Origin: Azolla caroliniana
Lineage: Eukaryota; Plantae; Polypodiophyta
Length of the DNA: 64,000 nt
NCBI GenBank assembly: GCA_043228905.1
Contig: JBHGNT010000007.1
Location: forward strand, 10,912,001-10,976,000
Direction of reading: 5' to 3'
Positions 22,879-33,428 of the stretch are shown here, in pieces. Below the pieces are notes generated by a model. The model was not told the DNA's origin, made no database searches, and worked only from the letters and a program-made list of their open reading frames with translations. The number at the start of each line of letters is the position of its first letter. Positions within the stretch are counted from its first letter, which is position 1. Both the position numbers and the translations under genes were made by a program.

Positions 22879-24662
22879 TCTTTTTTACAACGTGTAGTAC
22901 GTTCATTAGCGTCCCCTTTTGTCCGACATGGCTTAAAGGGACTTCTCCAACATGCACAATTGGGTGAGGGGTGTCATCTCCGGTTTCGACAATCCCCGGT
23001 TGTTTCGGTTTCTCCAAAAAAGAGAACCACTCTTCATGGCTCGTCATGTGGTTGGACACTCCAGAATCAATCTACCATACTTCCTCCGATTTGGATGACT
23101 TAGTCTTCTTCATCGAGTTAGCCTTGTGCTTCATCACAAAGATTAGCCCTTTACCGGTCTTCCCGGTTCTGGATCCTTCTGATCCTTCTGCATAGCACAA
23201 GCTTTGGCGGTTTTCCCGATCGGCTTTGCCAGATCCGGATTTGTCCGAATCAGCGTGCTTCTTCCAACATTCGCTTTCCCTGTGGCCTGTTTTGGCACAG
23301 TACCAACATTCCGTGTTGGCTTTTCTTTGCCGGTTTTCGACGCCGCTTTGATTCCCCTGCTCGTGGAGGGTCCTGAACTGCTATCAGCACTACCTTTGTG
23401 CCTTTGGTCCTACTCCTGCCGGCCGCCTCCATTGCGTGTCAACCCACCATGTCCACCATGCCCAGGGGCCTATCCGTCTCCGTGTACAACATTCAGTTGT
23501 CCGATTGAGTGGTCCTGGATCCACTTGCGTGGTTTACTTCGACCATCAGTATCAATTGCAAGTCAAAGAAAGATGGTGCTTTCTCCCGGGTGAGGATAGT
23601 TGTCCGGATAGGCCCGTATCTTTGTGCTAGACCTCCAAGGCGTATTTGTACCATCTCTTCTTCGTCCACCGTCACGTTGATGGACCCGAGCGCGTCACAA
23701 ATCTCCTTTATCTTGGAGGTGTAGTCCGTAATCGACATGTCGCTTTGTCGGATGTTGTTTTAGCTCTTGCCAGAGCTACAACTTTCGGGTTGTGGTACTT
23801 GCGGCAAAAATCTTCCGTAGATTTTCCCAGACCTCCTTCGGCGTCTTTGCATCCTTGATGTAGCCGAGAATCTGATTGTGCACACAGGAGGCGAGGCAGT
23901 ACAATACTCGTCTCGATCCTTGCTCCCATCTGGGGAAGTACTTGTGTGCTGGCTCCGGCGCCACCTCGTTGGTTCCTTCCACGTATCTCCCATATCCATG
24001 CCCCAACAGGTACTGGTGCATTTTTTATGACTAGGATGCATAGTTGCTCCAGTCGAGCTTCTCTGTGGGAAGTGAACTTGCCATACCTCTGTCCATATCT
24101 TTCTCTCTCTGTCCTTACCGGGTCTTAGGGTTTGTCTTCGAAAGCAAGTGTCGGCTACAGAGGTTCTCAACCCTCGCGCTCTAATACCATGTGAATGTGA
24201 ACATGCGAAAGCGTATTACAAACCGGCTCTACCGGATAGCAATAGTTAGAGAGGAAGGTTCAATGGAAGCTTACCATAGAGAATATGCACAGGAGACAGA
24301 GCAGAACATAAACTCTATTCAAAAAATAATAACACTCTATGTGTCACTCTCTATGTACAATATGCTTGATAGCACTATTTATACAAGTCCTTGGAGGACT
24401 GACAAAAGTACCATGTACTTCGATGCTGATACGAGCGACTAACACTAACTACGAGGACTCTGACTACCTAGTAGTCTAGATGCGTATAGGCTACTACTAG
24501 CCTTCCGGTTCACATTTGAATCCGGCTCCCCAATCCGTCTCTCCGATCTGGCTCCTAGTTCCGGATACCGATCCAGATATCATCCGGTTCTTCGTCCCGG
24601 ATACCGATCCGGTTCAGGCTTACCCAGCCGATTCGAATCCGGTTGAGCTTGCTCGCTCAACA
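22879..24662 (-). mobile_element. Copia element F, 5' part: LTR 24190-24662, PBS, degenerate gag and protease
   Basis: Minus strand TGTTGAG...TTCACA directly followed by TGGTATTAGAGC; gag MDRGMASSLPTEKLD... from ~24096; protease SNHMTSHEEWF at ~23050. Confidence 0.85.
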
Positions 24663-25112
24663 AATACCGAGGGTAGTTTGAGGAGTACTTTCGGTCTAAG
24701 GGAATGTGGCTCGAGTACACAATACCGAAAACACCAAAGGTCAATGGACTGCCAGAGAGGATGAACCAAACCAGAATGGAAAGGGTCTGAAGTATGCTAG
24801 CACATGCTAAGTTGTCCTAGACATTTTGGGCAGAGGTGTTGATGACAACGACGTACGTGATAAACAGATCACCCTAGGCGTCCTTGGACAGAGATATACC
24901 ACAAAGACTGTGGACCGGCAAAGACATTTCATACCGAAATCTGAAGGTGTTAGGTTGTCTTGCCTATGTTCATATCGCAAAGGAAAAACAGTAAAAATTA
25001 GACCCAAAAACTCAGTTAGGCATGTTCCTTGGATACGGCGATGATGAATTCGGTTGCCGATTATGGGACCTAGTCGACAAGAAGGTCACTCGAAGCCAAG
25101 ACATAGTCTTCA
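24663..25112 (+). pseudogene. Old A-family-like Copia integrase fragment
   Basis: Degenerate match to the A1/A3 integrase (EYTIPKTP, ERMNQT, SMLAHAKL, FWAE, FLGYGDDEFG). Confidence 0.75.
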
Positions 25113-27656
25113 TAGAGGCAGACAAGCTCAACCGGATCCTGATTGGCTGAATCAACCGATCCGGTTCCGTATCCGGAAAGAAGAACCGGATCGGTGTCCG
25201 AATCGGTATCCAAAACCAAGAGCAGGATCGGAGAGCCAGATTAGATTGTAACAGGTAGGCCGTTAGAGGCCTACGAATCTAGCCTAGTACGTTGGCATAT
25301 TTTTAGGAGTCAATGTCAGTCGTTCATATGAGCATTGAAGTACATGTCAGTACTACTGTCAATCCTTTTAAGGACTTGTATAAAAGGTGTTATGTAGGAC
25401 ACTGTATGTTACAGAGTGTTATTATTTTGAATTGAGGTCATGCTTTCTGCTCTCTCTGTCTCTCACGTGTAAGGTTTCCATTAAACTTGTGTCTATATTC
25501 TTTATCTATCCGGACGAGCCAGCTTTTTCTTAGCTTCCGTGATCATACTTTTACATGGTATCAGAGCACAAGGCTTGAGAACCTCTGTAGCCGACAAGCG
25601 ATTTCCGAAGACAAACCCTAACACCCGGTAAGAATAGATAGAAGAAAATTATGGACAAAGGAATGGCTAGCTCACTCCCAACGGAGAAGCTTGATAGATC
25701 TAACTACGCATCTTGGTCGTACAAGATGCACCAGTACTTGCTCGGGTACAATTACTAGTGTTATGTCAACAGAGCTAACGATACACCTCCTGATGCGGCA
25801 CATAGGGACTTCCCTACTTGGGAACAAGCAGCAAGCAGGGTAGTGTACTGCTTTGCGTACAGTGTCGGTGATCAGCTACTCTGCCATATCCAGGACGCCA
25901 AGACGACGAAGGAAGCTTGGGTAAACTTGAAGAACGTCTTCTCCGCGAGCACCATAGTGTCGCGAAAAATCTCGCGTGAATGTGTTACTTGAGCGGGACC
26001 GTCGAGGTCTTGGACCGGGGAGAACATTTGCGCCAGAGAGGACATTCGTCAAGTTATCGAAAAGAGGACAATGTCAATTTTAGAGTCATGGAAACATTGT
26101 TACACTTGAGAAGATCAAAAGATTGACGATTATAAGAAGAACAATAAGAAGTATAATTATATTGATTGAAGGTAAAAGAAGAAGAACAATTTTATATTGA
26201 TGGTGATGGTGATCATATCACATCTTGAGCCCCCCCCTTTACATACTCTCTAGTAGTGTTTTTATAGGCTTGTTCATGCATAAAACCATGGGCTAAAACC
26301 ATGGTTTTGCTTATGACATGCACAAAACCATAGGTTTAAACCATGGTTTTGTGCACACGGTAAAAAAGTTTGTTTCCTATGGAATATTAAATATGATAAG
26401 AAAATATACAAAATTTAAAGCACTTAGTAGTAGCTTTAGTGGTAAGTTAATTGCCTCCTATCTTGGAGGTGAAAGGTATAAAAGAATACGTGTGCAGAAG
26501 TACGTGCGTAAACACAGAGTACACAGTTCGAAAATAAGACAGTTCGGTAAACACAGAAAACACAGAGATGGAGATGGAGATGGAGAGAGAGAGAGAGAGC
26601 AGGCAACTCAATTCTATTTCAAAATAATGACGCTTTGTACATTCTTCGTGCTCAGTGAGCACCTTTTATACAAGCCCTGACTATTGGGCTGACACAAGTA
26701 CTAACATTACTTGACCGCTCATAAATGAGCCTACTACACTAACTCCCAAAATTATTCCTTACGAGGAATACCATACTAACAGACTTTCGGTTTACGCACC
26801 GATACGGCCACATTATGCATACTATTTTACGCACCGTATTACGCACCCAATGTTGAGCTTGTCACTCAACACTCCCCCTCAAGCTCAACTTGAGGTTCCA
26901 TCTACTCTTCCGGATCTATGTTAGGAAACAGGTCCCTCAGGATTGGGAAGTGAGAAGAACAGTGTTGATGAGCAAACTCGGCCGAAACCGGATGTGGAGT
27001 ACCCGGCAACGGAAGACCTGGTGAGAACCGGATGACGAGTACCCGACAACGGAAGACCCGACGAGAACCGGATGACGAGTACCCGGCAAGGAAGGCCCGG
27101 TGAGAACCGGATGACGAGTGCCCAGCAAGAGCCGGATGATGCAGGCCCGGTGAGGAGTGCTCACCGGATGAAGGGACATATTCGTAATATGTTTCTGAGA
27201 GTCCATTGGGGCTATATTTGTAAATAGCCGAAAGTCATATTAGTATAAATATGACTTAGGGCAAACTTAGTATATAGTTGTATTCATTCTTGTTGGTGCA
27301 AGATTTTTTAGTGCAACCGTGTACAGAGAGAGAGAGAGAGAGTGAGTGAGAGACGAAGAGGACGTTGTCTCTGTTGTAACCGCCTCTTATGGCGAAGACA
27401 GTGAGCAAGAGGTCGTTGCCTCTATGTTCATCTATTCTACATTGTAACATAGTGATAGTTTGCAGTCTGTGGACTGCCGTGGTTTTTCTCGTGTTTGGGT
27501 TTTCCACGTAAACATCCTGTGTACTCTTCTCTTTACTGTGTCGTGCGTTCATTCCCCATTTTCTGTGTTTAATCCTAGGCTCGGTTGTGGCCGAGCGTTG
27601 TTCATCGGGAGCGTGTATTCCTGTCAAAGTGGTATCAAAGCAAAACGACACAGAAA

Positions 27657-30600
27657 ATGGACGAATCGTTGGGAGGCATGTTCAAACTCACCGGCTCCAA
27701 CTATTCCGTGTGGAAGTCGAAGATGAGGGACATGCTCGTGGTTAAAGATGTTTGGTTGCCAGTTCGGTTCGGGAACAAGAGACCGGACAAATCGATGCCA
27801 CGATATGGGAGGTGATGCACATGAAGACAACGACGTACATACAGTGCTTGATCGACATGAGTCTATACAACAACTTCAATGAAGAGAGCAAGGCTCACGA
27901 GCTCTGGGACAAGATCGGCATTATGTTTCAAAACAAAAATGTTGTTAATCAGGTTTCTGTATTTCGGAAGCTAGTAAAACTCCAGTACCAACATGGCTCC
28001 AACATGGCGGAGCACATGAATGCCTTCCAGGGGCTGATACACCAGGCAACATCATTAGAAGTACCTCTCGCTGATGAGGTACTAGGACTACTCCTGCTCA
28101 GTTCCCTCCCAGATAGCTGGGAGACGTTGGTCGTCACTTTGGGCAACGCCGGGCCGGAAGGGAAACGGTTATCCCTGGCAAGAGTGAAGTCGAGATTGCT
28201 AGATGAGGAGGCGCGCCAGAAAGACAAGGATACAAACTCCGACTCCAAAGCGCTCCTTACCGAATCGGAACGCGGAAGACAGAGAAACCGTAGTCCCCAG
28301 AACCGGGAGAAGTCGGGGACACGGTCAAAGTCAAGGGGGAGGCCTACTTGCTTCTATTGCGGCAAGCCGGGACACTTCCAAAAGAACTGTCGGCATTTCC
28401 GTAAAGACAAGGAAACCGACGGTACCGATTCGAAGCAAACCTCGGACCGGAATGGTAAAGACCGGAGGGGGCCGGACCGGAAGGGAACGACGGCAATCAC
28501 GGCAAGTGAAGAAGAGTTGATGCTCATCACCAAGGAGAGTGAAATAAACCTTGCCGGCGACGAGATGACCTGGGTGGTAGACTCCGGAGCGTCGTTCCAC
28601 CTTACCCCGGACCGGGAATGCTTCTCATCCTATTCAGCCGGTGATCACGTCTGTGTCCGGATGGGGAATGAAGGAACATGCCGAATTGTCGGCATAGGAG
28701 ACGTGTGGTTGACAACACCAACCGGATGCAAGCTGCTACTGAAGGATGTCCGACACGTTCCGGAAGTTCGTCTGAACCTGATATCAGCCGGTCGGCTAGA
28801 TGATGAAGGCTACACGGGTAGCATCCGGAACGGTGTTATGAAGTTTAGCAAAGGGAGCCTGATTGTGGCTCGGCCCCGGAAGGTAAACACATTGTACCTG
28901 ATGAATGCCCAGTTATGCCCAGAAGAAGTGAACGTGGCTTCCGACACTGTCGGTGAGCTGTGGCACAAGAGGATGTGTCACATGCGCGAGAAGGGGATGA
29001 AGAGGCTTGCAGACGACAACCTCATTCCAGTGAAGAACGTGCAGTTGGAGAAGTGTACTGATTGTCTAGCCGGTAAACAAAACCGGACCTCCTTCCGATC
29101 GAGGCCACCGATGAGACGTAATGCAGCACTGGAGTTGGTGGATATTGATGTATGTCAAGTGGACACGAAGTCACATGCCGGATCGTAGTACTTCGTGACG
29201 TTCATAGATGACCACAGCCGGAAGTTGTGGGCCACACCGTTGAAGACAAAGGATCATGTGTTATCCGTCTTCAAAGAGCTCCACGCGAGAGTGGAAAGAG
29301 AAGCCGGTCGGAAGCTGAAGGCAGTTCGAGCAGATAACGGAGATGAATACCGGGGGCAGTTCGAGGAGTATTGTCGCTCGAAGGGAATCCGGCACGAATT
29401 TACCGTGCCGAAGACGCCGGAACTAAACGGGTTGGCCGAGAGGATGAACCAGACCATAATGGAGAGGGTCCGGAGTATGCTGGCGCATGCAAAATTACCC
29501 AAAACGTTTTGGGCTGAGGCACTGTCGACAGCGACGTATGTGATAAACAGATCACCTTCAATGCCCTTGGATGGAGACACGCTGTAGAAGGTGTGGACGG
29601 GTAAGGAAGTGTCCTACCAGCATCTGAAGGTGTTCGGGTGTCTCGTGTATGTGCATGTTGCTAAGGACCGAAGAGGAAAGTTGGATCCAAAGACTCGGCC
29701 ATGCATATTCCTCGGATACGGCGATGATGAGTTCGGCTACCAAGTGTGGGATCCGGTTGACAAGAAGCCTTTCCGGAGACGACATATTTATCTTCATGAA
29801 GAAGATAATGAACTCCAATAAGATTCGGATACACCCGGCTAAGAGCCATTTGACACTCGAGGAACCAGCCGGTTACGGTGAGGATACCGAACTGGCAGAA
29901 GAAGAAGTAGAGGAAGCTGAAATCGGAACCGGCCAAGACCCCAAATCGGATTCGGATGAAGGAAAAATAGTGGAGCCGGTTGCCGAAGGCCAAAGACGGA
30001 GATATCCTCTCAAAGAGAGAAGGCCCCCCGGAGATTTCCGGATGCAAAGCATGTTCTGCTGACCGATGAGGGAGAGCCAGAAAGCTTCGAAGAAATGAAG
30101 GATGACACCCACAACCGCAAATGGTTAAGTGCCATGCATGATGAGATGGATTCCCTGCATGAGAACCATACGTACGAATTGGTGGAGTTGCCAAAAGGAA
30201 AGCGGGCACTCCGAAACAAGTGGGTGTACAAGTTGAAATCAGGAGATGCCGATAACCCCCCGAGATACAAAGCCAGGATCGTGGTGAAGGGGTTCCACCA
30301 GAAGAAGGGCGTGGACTTCGACGAGATATTTTCTCCGGTAGTAAAGATGACCTCCATTTGGACGGTGCTGAGTATAGCAGCAAGCATGAACCTCGAGGTA
30401 GAGCAGCTCGACGTGAAGACGACATTCCTTCACGGTGACCTTGAAGAGGAGATCTACATGCAGCAACTAGAAGGATTCGTGGAGAAAAGGAAGGAGCACC
30501 TGGTTTTCCGGTTGAAGAAAAGCCTGTACGGACTGAAGTAGGCTCCCCGACAATGGTACCGGAAGTTCGACTCCCTCATGACCGATCAAGGGTACCACAA

Positions 30601-31225
30601 GACGCAGGCCGATCACTGTGTGTTTGTGAAGAAGTTCGAAGGAGGCGACTTCCTGATACTCCTTCTGTATGTGGACGACATGTTGATCGTCGGACGGGAC
30701 CAAGCCAAAATACGGATGCTGAAGAAGGCTCTCAATCGAACCTTCGCAATGAAAGACTTGGGCCCGGCAAGACAAATACTGGGGATGCACATCATCCGGG
30801 ACCGGTCAAAGAAGCAATTGTGGTTGTCACAAGAGAAATATGTGACAAAGGTGCTTCAGTGGTTCAACATGTTAGAAGCAAAACCGGTCGGATCGACACT
30901 CCCGGCTGTGGAAGCCGGCAAGGAAATATTATGGATGAAGGACTTCATCGGAGAGCTCGGTCTCCGGCAAGATGAATACCGGCTCTATTGCGATAGTCAA
31001 AGTACCATCCACCTTGCTAAGAATGCGGCCTACCATTCCCGGACGAAGCATATCCAGCGAAGGTATCACTAGATCCGGGAAAGAGTAGATGACCAGGAGT
31101 TCGCGTTGACGAAGATCCACACGGCCGAGAACGGGTTAGATATGCTGACCAAAGTACTGATACTCGACAAGCTGGATGCATGCCGGAAGCGGATCAGACT
31201 AGTAAGACATCCCATGTTGGAGTGA
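27657..31225 (+). pseudogene. Copia gag-pol of A2 with frameshifts, stops and internal deletions
   Basis: Near-identical to A1; stops at 29186, 29585, 30539 and 31070; frameshift at ~27790; deletions at ~29800 and ~30905. Confidence 0.93.
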
Positions 31226-31925
31226 AGGGGAAGTTTGTTAGGAAACAGGTCCCTCCGGATGGGAAGTGAGAAGAATAGTACGAATGTGGACTACCCGGTT
31301 ACGGAAGACCCGGTGAGAACCGGATGACAAGTACCCGGCTACGGAAGACCCGGTGTGAACCGGATGAGGAGTACCCGGCTACGGAAGACCCGGTGAGAAC
31401 CGAATGAGGAGTACCCTGCAAGAGCCGGATGATGATGGCCCGGTGAGAATTGCTCACCAGATGAAGGGACATATTCGTAAATATGTTTTCTGAGAGTCCA
31501 TCGGGGCTATATTTGTAAATAGCTGAAAAGTCATATTAGTATAAATATGACTTAGGGCAAACTTAGAAGTTGTTGTTGTCATTCTTGTTGGCGCTAGATC
31601 AGAGAGCACATAATAGTGTACAGAGAGAGAGAGAGTGTCATAACTAGACTCGAACCCATAACCTTTTGTTACACGGGTCGAGACTTTACCATTAGGTTAT
31701 GAATTGTAATTTGAAGGATATTATTTTCATTTAGGTTTTATTGGGAAATTGATGTATATTCCAGATTTCTCTGGAACATTCTAGAAACTTCAGGAGTATT
31801 CCTGAAGACACTATAAAAGGAGGCGCAAGGCATTAGTTCGAACCAAATCGGTTCAACGCCAGTCTTAAGCCTTCTAACTACTGTTGTATATCTTCCTTCA
31901 TATAATACATATATCTTTCGCATCA

Positions 31926-31979
<54 letters not shown>

Positions 31980-32115
31980 ACTCATTCCTTCTCTCAAAAG
32001 TTCGACACCTCTCATAGTACTAATCCTTCTCTGTCTTAGTACTATTCCCCAACAATAGTACTAATCCTTCTTTTAGTACTAATTCCTTCTCTGCCTTAAT
32101 AGAGTTCCTGACAGT

Positions 32116-32127
32116 TTGAACCGATTT
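32116..32127 (+). promoter_or_regulatory. Non-tRNA (self-priming) PBS
   Basis: TTGAACCGATTT is the exact reverse complement of AAATCGGTTCAA at 31845-31856, 33 nt downstream of TATAAAA (31812); no TGG start. Confidence 0.8.
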
Positions 32128-32215
32128 TGGGGGTGCCTGTCTGGTCTTTTCTCTCCCTCTTCCTTCTGTCTCCCTCCTTTCCTACTAGTCTCTTATTTCC
32201 CTTTTCCTTCATCCC

Positions 32216-33385
32216 ATGGCCACCGTTAGCGCTGAAGAGTATCAATCCGTTTTCTCGGAATTTCAATGCTTGAAAGAGAAGTTTCATGCTTTGGAACAAG
32301 AAAATCAACGCTTGTTGGGGGATCTTCAGCAAATTTCCTTAGAAAAGCAGCAAACGCAACAACAGCATGGGGAACTTGCGTTACGCGTGCAACAACTCGA
32401 AGCAACCATCGTAGCAATGCAACAACAAGGGCACGGAGCACAAGGGATTCATAAAGAACCCAAGATTGGCCTTCCCACGAAGTTCGATGGAACGCGATCG
32501 CAGTTTAGAGGGTTTCTTAACCAGGTACGGTTAGTTATTCAAATGCATCCGTCCCGATATCCCACCGATGCATCACGAGTGGGTTTAGTAGGCACGTTGT
32601 TAAATGGCTCAGCATTAGCATGGTTCGCTCCGCTACTAGAAAAGGAATCTCCAGTACTAAATAATTTTGAAGAATTCATAAGTGAGTTTAAAGCATGTTT
32701 TGGAGATACTGACAGCATAAGGACTGCAATCAACAAAATCCGGCGATTACGCCAAGGTGACCGTCCAGCCTCCGCATATGCTGCAGATTTCCGCCTACTC
32801 GCCGCCGATATCCCCTGGGATGATCAAGCATTGATGGAGCAGTTCCGCTATGGTCTACGCAACGATGTCAAGGATTTACTCTTGACTTTCCCTGAAGAGC
32901 CAAAATCATTAACAGAAGCAATCAGTCGAGCGGTAAGATGTGACAACCGCCTCTTCGAGCGATGTTCGGAACGACAATTTCAGATGCCGAGGGCAAGACC
33001 CGAGCCTACCTATGCCTCAGTGGTAGCAAAACCTTTTCAAAGGGAGTCACATAATGCGCCTCCAGTAAGTACTCCAACTCCAATGGAAATTGACACTACA
33101 CGTCGTCGTGGGCCGCTATCGGAGGAGGAAAAGCAACGACGCCGAACAAACCGATTATGCCTTTATTGCGGTGGACCAGGGCATATCGCGATAAACTGTC
33201 CCCATAGACCAAGAAGGCAGGTAAACCAAGTCGTTGTTAGTTCTGACTATACTAAACCCGAGTCTATTTCAGTAGGAATCTCTGATAGTCCTCATAGTCA
33301 TAATAGTCCTAATAGTACTAATAGTCCGAATCTCGCAAACAAATTTGATGTCCTTAGCCAATTAGAAGAAGAGTTAAACGACTAA
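32216..33385 (+). CDS. gag: Chromovirus Gag (coiled-coil N-terminus, retrotransposon capsid, CCHC knuckle)
   Basis: Intact 389 aa; PTKFDGTR, LRQG..SAYAADF, PTPMEID, CLYCGGPGHIAINC. Confidence 0.95.
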   Translation: MATVSAEEYQSVFSEFQCLKEKFHALEQENQRLLGDLQQISLEKQQTQQQHGELALRVQQLEATIVAMQQQGHGAQGIHKEPKIGLPTKFDGTRSQFRGFLNQVRLVIQMHPSRYPTDASRVGLVGTLLNGSALAWFAPLLEKESPVLNNFEEFISEFKACFGDTDSIRTAINKIRRLRQGDRPASAYAADFRLLAADIPWDDQALMEQFRYGLRNDVKDLLLTFPEEPKSLTEAISRAVRCDNRLFERCSERQFQMPRARPEPTYASVVAKPFQRESHNAPPVSTPTPMEIDTTRRRGPLSEEEKQRRRTNRLCLYCGGPGHIAINCPHRPRRQVNQVVVSSDYTKPESISVGISDSPHSHNSPNSTNSPNLANKFDVLSQLEEELND

Positions 33386-33428
33386 GTCCAGCCAAAATAG
33401 GAGCCGTTTGGTTGGACAGCCCTAGATC
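33373..33428 (+). promoter_or_regulatory. Candidate -1 ribosomal frameshift signal (G_TTA_AAC plus downstream stem / possible pseudoknot)
   Basis: Heptamer 33373-33379 just before the gag stop; 6-nt spacer; 11-bp stem gtccagccaaa (33386-33396) / tttggttggac (33407-33417); pol is in the -1 frame. Confidence 0.75.

Noticed and set aside
31738-31977. MRERERE... ORFs (also 37064-37297 and 49820-50170)
   Set aside because: Translations of (CT)n/(TG)n microsatellites.
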